Under the pieces are notes generated by a model. The model did not search any database, was not told the origin of the DNA, and worked only from the letters and a program-made list of their open reading frames with translations. DNA of 58,137 bases, the filler included, from Basidioascus undulatus (lineage: Eukaryota), in assembly GCA_000826855.1 (NCBI GenBank). It is 6 parts of 6 records of this genome, joined end to end, with 100 filler letters (N's around TTAATTAATTAA, not from the genome) between each part and the next. Parts side by side here need not be neighbours in the genome. Positions count along the whole stretch, not along the records: positions 48,545 to 58,137 come from JTLS01001238.1; 5 more parts are not named here. One strand, written 5' to 3'. The position numbers and the translations under genes are program-made. Shown in pieces: positions 51,801 through 58,137 of this stretch; position 1 is the first letter of the stretch, and the number at the start of each line of letters is the position of its first letter.

Positions 51801-54316
51801 GCGCATGACGACGGTGCATTGGAAGCCTTTTCTGCCGTTTTGGTTCGTTGCTGATGATAGGCCGGTGGAACAGTTCGAGTACGAGTTCTTCAACTCGATC
51901 TGGCGCGTCACGGGCGTCAGCCCTGACCGCTACGAGCTCGTGCTAATGGTCGACGCCGACACCAAGGTCTTCCCCGACTCGCTCACGCGCATGGCGGCCT
52001 GCATGGTCAACGACCCCGAGATCATGGGCCTCTGCGGTGAGACCAAGATTGCAAACAAGTCCGAGACGTGGGTGACGATGATTCAAGGTATGCCGTTTCC
52101 CGCTCCGCTTGCGTTGCGCTCCAGGACACGGTCGCCGATCAAATGTTGCGATTTAGTCTTCGAGTACCACATCTCGCACCACCTGGCCAAGGCTTTCGAG
52201 TCTATCTTCGGGTGCGCCGAGCTGCTATCTGCCGACTGCTGCCGCGCACGCGTGCTGACATTTCTGCGTTCGCAGTGGTGTCACATGTCTTCCCGGTTGT
52301 TTCTCGATGTACCGCATCAAGGCGCCGAAGGGCGGCCAGGGCTACTGGGTCCCCGTCCTCGCGAACCCGGACATCGTTGAGCACTACTCCGAGAACGTCG
52401 TCGACACGCTCCACAAGAAGAACCTGCTCCTGCTCGGCGAGGACCGATACCTGACGACGCTCATGCTAAAGACGTTCCCGAAGCGCAAGATGATGTTTTG
52501 CCCGCAGGCGGTCTGCAAGACGGTCGTCCCCGACACGTTCCGCGTCCTCCTCTCACAGCGCCGTCGCTGGATCAACTCGACCATTCACAACCTTGCCGAG
52601 CTCATCCTCGTCCGCGACCTGTGAGTAGCCGCCTGACTTCGCTCTCTGACTTCGCTCGAACGTTACGAACGCTGCTGACGAGCATGCCCTTCGTAGCTGT
52701 GGTACCTTCTGCTTCTCGATGCAATTCGTCGTCTTCATGGAGCTCGTCGGTACCCTCGTTCTGCCAGCCGCCATCGCCTTCACGGTCTACGTCGTCTCCC
52801 TCGGCATGTACGTAGCTCGTCACCATGTGTCTCGATCGGCGCAGCGCTGACTCACCTGTTCGCAGTGCTGCCCGTATCAACCCGGACAAGTACACGACCC
52901 CGACGATCTCGCTCATCTTGCTCGCGATCATCATTGGTCTGCCCGGTGTCCTCATCGTCGTGTCTTCGCGCGTACGTCGCGAACGGATGCTTGAGTCCTT
53001 CGTTCTAAGCTTACTTCATTTTCTTTTAAAGCGTCTGTCCTACGTCGGCTGGATGTTCGTCTACCTGCTGTCTCTGCCCATTTGGAACTTCGTACGTCCT
53101 GAAGGTCTAAGCTCTTCCCATGCTGCATGACTAATGTGCGATCTCCCGTCAGGTCCTCCCGACGTACGCGTTCTGGCACTTCGACGACTTCTCGTGGGGT
53201 GCTACCCGCAAGGTCGAGGGTGAGAAGGGCAACGAGGCGCACGGCGACAAGGAGGGCCAGTTCGACTCGAGCCACATTGTCATGAAGCGTTGGGGTACGT
53301 TCGATCGTTCTGTAACCCGCTCCTACTCGAAGCCGATCTGACGCCCGCCCGCAGCCGAGTTTGAGCGGGATCGTCGCTACCGGACGGGCAACCACAGCCG
53401 CGACTCGACCTATGATATTGTCGTTCGGAATGGTTCGCCGAAGCGGTACGTCCAGTGGTCCACGTTGCCCCGAAAACATCTAAGCATGTTCCTGTCCTGC
53501 AGGTCCGAGAGCCACCGCCACTCGCTCGTCAGCAGTTCCGAAGCGTCTTACAACGTGAGCGCCGGCCCGTCGTCCGACTCGTGCCGCCCCGCAGGAGCCG
53601 GTGGGCCGTCGCGCGAACGCCTCGCCAGCGTGCCGCTACTCGAACTTCCTGCTCCTCTCGCCGCCAATCAGTCTCCTCCCTCGGCGGCGCCGTCTGGCAC
53701 GACTTCCTCCCGTTCCCGCAGCGCCGTCGACGTAGACCAGTACGGCGAGCCCATTGCGTCCTTCCCTCAGGCATACGACGCGCGCGCTGGCCGCGCCGAC
53801 CCGTACGCGCATCCCGCCTACCCCGAGCAGGAAGCGCTGGTCTCCTCGCCTGTCTCAAACGAGAGCTACTACGCGTCGCCGTCGCCGCCTGCCGAGTACC
53901 AGCAGGGGATGCGCCATGGCGCCGTTGCCGCGAGCCAGCCGCGTGCGCAGCCGAACCCGTACCGGGACTCTTTGCCTGCGGCGCAATCTGCGCAGGCGTA
54001 CAGCCCGGAGTACTACGACGGTTCTGCCCCGTTGCCGCCTGCTCCCTCATCCTCCCAGCACAGCCGTGGCTTCAGCCTCAGCGATCAAGGTCCTGGTGCG
54101 TGCTGCCGCGTATGGCTTCTCTTCCCCTGCTCCTGTTGACGTTGCATCCTACTGCCAGTTGGCGAGTCTCCGAGACGAGTCGTGCGCAACAAGCTGCGCC
54201 GGTCGTCGATTCAGTCCGGCGGGTCGTCCGCGCGCTCGCCATCCCTTCCCCCGGGCGCGGCGCAAGGGACACTCCCTCCGGGCGCGGCGCCGCCGAACTG
54301 GCGCGGTTACCAGTGA
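48836..54316 (+). CDS. Chitin synthase, class IV (yeast Chs3-type), multi-exon
   Basis: [21 protein letters not shown]; cytochrome b5-like region [104 protein letters not shown]. No myosin motor domain. Confidence 0.96.
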
Positions 54317-56383
54317 TTCAGCCCGTTTTCCTGGACTCTTTCCTATTGATTCCATTCTTCCATTGCGATCTTCGGACTTTTACCATTCAACCGTCTCACA
54401 AGCGTACCGAACCCTTCGGACATCAATTCCTTATCTCCGCAACCCTTCCACTGCCACACGTGTGCACCGATCCCCTCCGCCCCTCCCTCCCACACACCTG
54501 CACCTAAATCTCCGCCCTTTCCCGTTTACCTGCGCTTTTACCCTCACTCACTGTCCTTCGGTCCGCATGTCCTATTTCAAATTTCTCGCCTCCCACTTTC
54601 TCCTACTCTACCGAGTGTGCCGCTGCTGGCCGTTTGCCGTCGCTTCACTTCACCTTGCTGTGCTTATTCGTCCTGCCCTGTCCATCCTACGTTCCTCTCT
54701 CGCCCTCTCTCCTATCAGTCACGCCATTTATATGATCCCATGCACATCATTATCCAAGCTGCTGCATTGACGCATGCCCTTTTCCCTCACGGTCCGTGTC
54801 GCGCTGCAAACGCTCCACTTGCTCGCGTAAGGACGCCAAAGGACGTGCAGATGACAGTCACTCCCTCAAAAACACACATCGTTCTTTCCTCGGAAATTGG
54901 CAATTCTGCATGCGCACATGTACCCTCACGCCCCCTTCGTGGTCGCCAGCACGAAGGTCTGACCCGTCCAGCCAAACTGGCGCTCGAGTCGCCTGCCGAA
55001 GTGCCTCGCTTCCCAGAAATCGAGCTTCTGCTCTGCACCGTGCGGTTCATGCTCGCGATAACAAAGTGATCAGCGTGCTTTGCCACAGGTGGAACGCACC
55101 TGTGTGCGCCGGCCGTCTGGGTGCTCAAACCGCCGGGACGACCACGCGTGTAGGTAATCGCGAAGTCGAGTTGTGCAAAAGCGTTAAGTACCTGTCCGGA
55201 AAGGCGCGGCGGGAGCCGAAGGGCGAAAATGACGGAGCGCAGGCAACGTCAGGATTGCGCTTGACAGCATTGCCCTCCCCACTTACCTCAGACCAAGCGA
55301 TGGTGCCTTGCTGGACGTTGAGCTGCTTGCTGTAGATTCAAATGCAAGGGGGATAACAGACCGTAAGCAGGAGGAGAATGTTTCGAAACAAGGAACGAGC
55401 CCTCCCATCGCAGTGAAGAGAGCATTATGAATGAGACGTAGTCCAGAGAATGTGGATATCAAGTGAGTGTGTGGGTGTGTAGACGAATGAGAGTCGAGCC
55501 AGTCGACAAGCTGTGCTGGCACAGTCGTCAGAGTAGGCCTTCTTGACGGTATTCGAAACACTCACGGAAAAAAGCACTCGATTAAGAAACAGGAAAGCGG
55601 ACATGCGGATGGTTTAGATGCGAAGACCTGTGGACACCCGAGGATGCGACTCTTATACTGTGGCTTTTCAGCGCCACGCGATGTGCCACGCGAAGTTATG
55701 GGTGGGGCAGGCACGGTGCGGCCTTGGCAGTCGCAACTTCATGAGAGCAGAAAGCCTTAACACAATAAGGGTGAGCGGGTGCCTGCAAGCAAAATTGAGC
55801 CGAGTACAAGGGGGGGACAACGATGAAACGTGCACAGGCAGCGTGAAGACAGTGAAAGCGGCGGCCCGTACCTGCCGCTGCATTCTTCGGAGCTCGCCAA
55901 AAATCCCGAAAGGTCCACTCCGAATGGGCCCCTTGTTATCAAAGCCACATTGAGCCAGATTGTGCCTCACAGACAGGCGGATGAGATGGAAGATGCGACA
56001 AGGGGACACGGCAGTGGCGCCGGTGCAATAGTGCCTCGCGCCCATGTCGCGCCGCCTCGCGTTGCCTCGCGCAACGCGTTCTCCGATCCTAGGAAGTTGG
56101 ATGTGGAGAACAAAAGGTTCGTCGCTATATTGTGAAGCTCGCACTTGTTTGTGTTTCGTCTCCAGGAGGCAATGGACAAACTTGGCAGCGAGAAGACGCC
56201 GCTGCAGCCCGACTGTTGCTCTCCGCTCGAAGTCGTCCTTCATGACAAGACACTTTTCGGCTCTTTCTTGAACCGGGCGTAAATATTGCCCAGTGACAAG
56301 TTCATAGAAGAATGGCCATGTAACTGGATCAAACGAATCATATACGTTTCGCTCGCACCCTCCACGCGCTTGTGCAGCCAGTG

Positions 56384-57298
56384 CTATGTCCCTCCGCCAT
56401 CGTCCTCCCACAGTGTCCCCCGCAGCGCCTCAGCCATCATTTCGTCCGAGCTACACCGTGCGACGCCCCAATCGGGCATATTCCGAGCATCGTCCAAACT
56501 GGCAAGGCACATTATCCTCGCCCCACCCACCGCCGCGCCACGAGGGAGCTCGGGCGCGTCCGGGAAGGTGCGCAAGCGCTTCAAGCGCGGGGCCGACTCC
56601 AGCGACCGGCGCAAGCCCGCATAGGCTGTGTCTGTTTCCGAATCCGAGGCGAAGAGGTCCGCGGGAGGGGGCTGTCGGGCGATGAACGTCTCGAGGCTGT
56701 CTAGGCGCAGGTTCGGACCGAGCATCAGCGGACCGAAGGTGACGCACGAGCGCGACGCCAGCCGGCGGAGGTGCGCGGTGTCCATAAGGCGGTACAGGTC
56801 CTGAGCGTTCGCCCAAACCAGCTCTTCGAGTCCTGGGAGACGCTCAAACGCCCTCCGCAGGGCGCGCCTGCTGGCGCGGTCGTAATGCCGCTCGTCGAGC
56901 GTGGGGTGGCGGAACATCCGCATGCCGATCGCGAGTCGGCGCAGGTTGGGTCGCAGGGCAGAGAGGATCGTCGCGACCCACTGGTCCATCATCGGGCTCT
57001 GCCGGCCGTGCAAGGCGGGTGCGATGGGGAGCGCGAGGGAGTGCACGAGCGCTGCGAGGGGCCGGCGCGCCACGAGGGTGCGCGAGAACGCGAGGACTTG
57101 GAGCGTTGAGTGAAGGGACACGGCGTAGTACAGCCGTTTGTGGGCTATCGAATAGAATACGTGCGAGACGAGACAGAGCGTCGCAAGTGCCGATGTAGAG
57201 TGAGGGTCGGAGCGCTCGTAGGCGAGTGGGTGTGGGAACGAGGAGAGCTCGTCGAGGATGAGCTCGAGGAGATCGTTCGGCAGCGGAGGGGGTTGCAT
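56384..57298 (-). CDS. Hypothetical intronless protein with F-box-like N-terminus
   Basis: Open frame of about 304 aa: MQPPPLPNDLLELILDEL...ALATLCLVSHVFYSIAHKRLYYAVSL...FSRTL...LAALVHSL, and LRR-like RPNLRRLAI, LPGLEELVW, APRLKRL. Confidence 0.65.
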   Translation of the reverse strand: MQPPPLPNDLLELILDELSSFPHPLAYERSDPHSTSALATLCLVSHVFYSIAHKRLYYAVSLHSTLQVLAFSRTLVARRPLAALVHSLALPIAPALHGRQSPMMDQWVATILSALRPNLRRLAIGMRMFRHPTLDERHYDRASRRALRRAFERLPGLEELVWANAQDLYRLMDTAHLRRLASRSCVTFGPLMLGPNLRLDSLETFIARQPPPADLFASDSETDTAYAGLRRSLESAPRLKRLRTFPDAPELPRGAAVGGARIMCLASLDDARNMPDWGVARCSSDEMMAEALRGTLWEDDGGGT

Positions 57299-57856
57299 GA
57301 TGCGTTTATGAGGCCTCGATATGGTTTTGATTCGGAGGAGGAGGGCGGTGAGGCGCATGAGGGAAGGGTGGATCCGCGCGGAGATGATGGTTCGGGGCAA
57401 AGAGCGCTTGGGATACACCTTCTGCCTCGCCATCCCGTTAACACTTTCACTCTCCGAGATCTTACCACTCTCGAGCTACAACTCTGTACCTCTTCCATCG
57501 GCAAGACGGTTGTTTGTTGATTTGCACAGTTCTTCAGGGCCACAGCCAACTTAAACTGCACGCGGTCTCGCATTCCTGTTGGTGGTACAGTTGAGTTGCG
57601 CACCGTGTGCGTTTGAGGATGGGAGGCACCTTAACGCTAGATATATCATTGAAAATTCACTGCCTGCATTTTTATCTGTTTCCGCGCAAACGCGGTCTTC
57701 AAGTTGAACAAAGTGCAAAGATGCTGAAACTGCCAGCTCCGCCATGACCTCATTTCCCACGTCTCCTTCGTTTCGTCTCCCACCTTCACCTCGCTCCCCA
57801 TTCCCCATCTTCTCTCCATCCACCGCCTTCTCAAATCAACGCCCAAGCCATCCGCA

Positions 57857-58137
57857 ATGTCCTCCCGACTCGCCGTCCGAAGGCGCAACCCCCCCTCCTC
57901 TACCACCCCTGCAGATCCATCTCTGCACCCAGGTCCATCCCCGCTCCCATGCCCATATCCCACGCTGCTCCCCCTCCTGCATCCCACACCTCTCCCGCAC
58001 CAGCGCGCGGACCGTACTCTCCCGCTCCCTCCGCCCAGGACGCCGGCAGAGCAGCTGAAGCCGTGGCGCCCGCCCTCGGAGTCGACGGAGCAGCAGGAGG
58101 GGCCCAGATATCCTACCCCTCCAGCCCCTCCATCCCC
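57857..58137 (+). CDS. Possible 5' end of a Pro-rich protein (runs off the window)
   Basis: ATG after a pyrimidine-rich leader; frame MSSRLAVRRRNPP... stays open to the end of the window. Low complexity, so weak evidence. Confidence 0.25.
   Translation, partial: MSSRLAVRRRNPPSSTTPADPSLHPGPSPLPCPYPTLLPLLHPTPLPHQRADRTLPLPPPRTPAEQLKPWRPPSESTEQQEGPRYPTPPAPPS

Overview
Intron-rich, GC-rich fungal (basidiomycete-type) DNA. It is not one locus but six unrelated ~9.6 kb contigs joined by artificial 100-bp spacers (44 N + TTAATTAATTAA + 44 N), so gene adjacency is only meaningful inside a contig. Contig 1 (1-9592): MLH1, an orphan gene and SKI3. Contig 2 (9693-19310): GDP-mannose 4,6-dehydratase, a FUT8/NodZ-like putative fucosyltransferase and a multicopper oxidase. 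Contig 3 (19411-29028): formamidase, a YAT amino-acid permease, a degenerate tRNA-Gly and tRNA-Leu(AAG). Contig 4 (29129-38741): a PLP aminotransferase, an APC transporter, USB1 and ureG. Contig 5 (38842-48444): a Cdc15-like STE kinase with a C1 domain, two decayed F-box-like paralogs and MEX67. Contig 6 (48545-58137): a class IV chitin synthase and an F-box-like gene. The best candidate for an under-described system is the tandem GMD + GT23-like fucosyltransferase pair, a possible fungal fucosylation module next to a pigment-type multicopper oxidase. All calls come from manual translation and motif recognition; exon boundaries were read by eye and no database searches were run.
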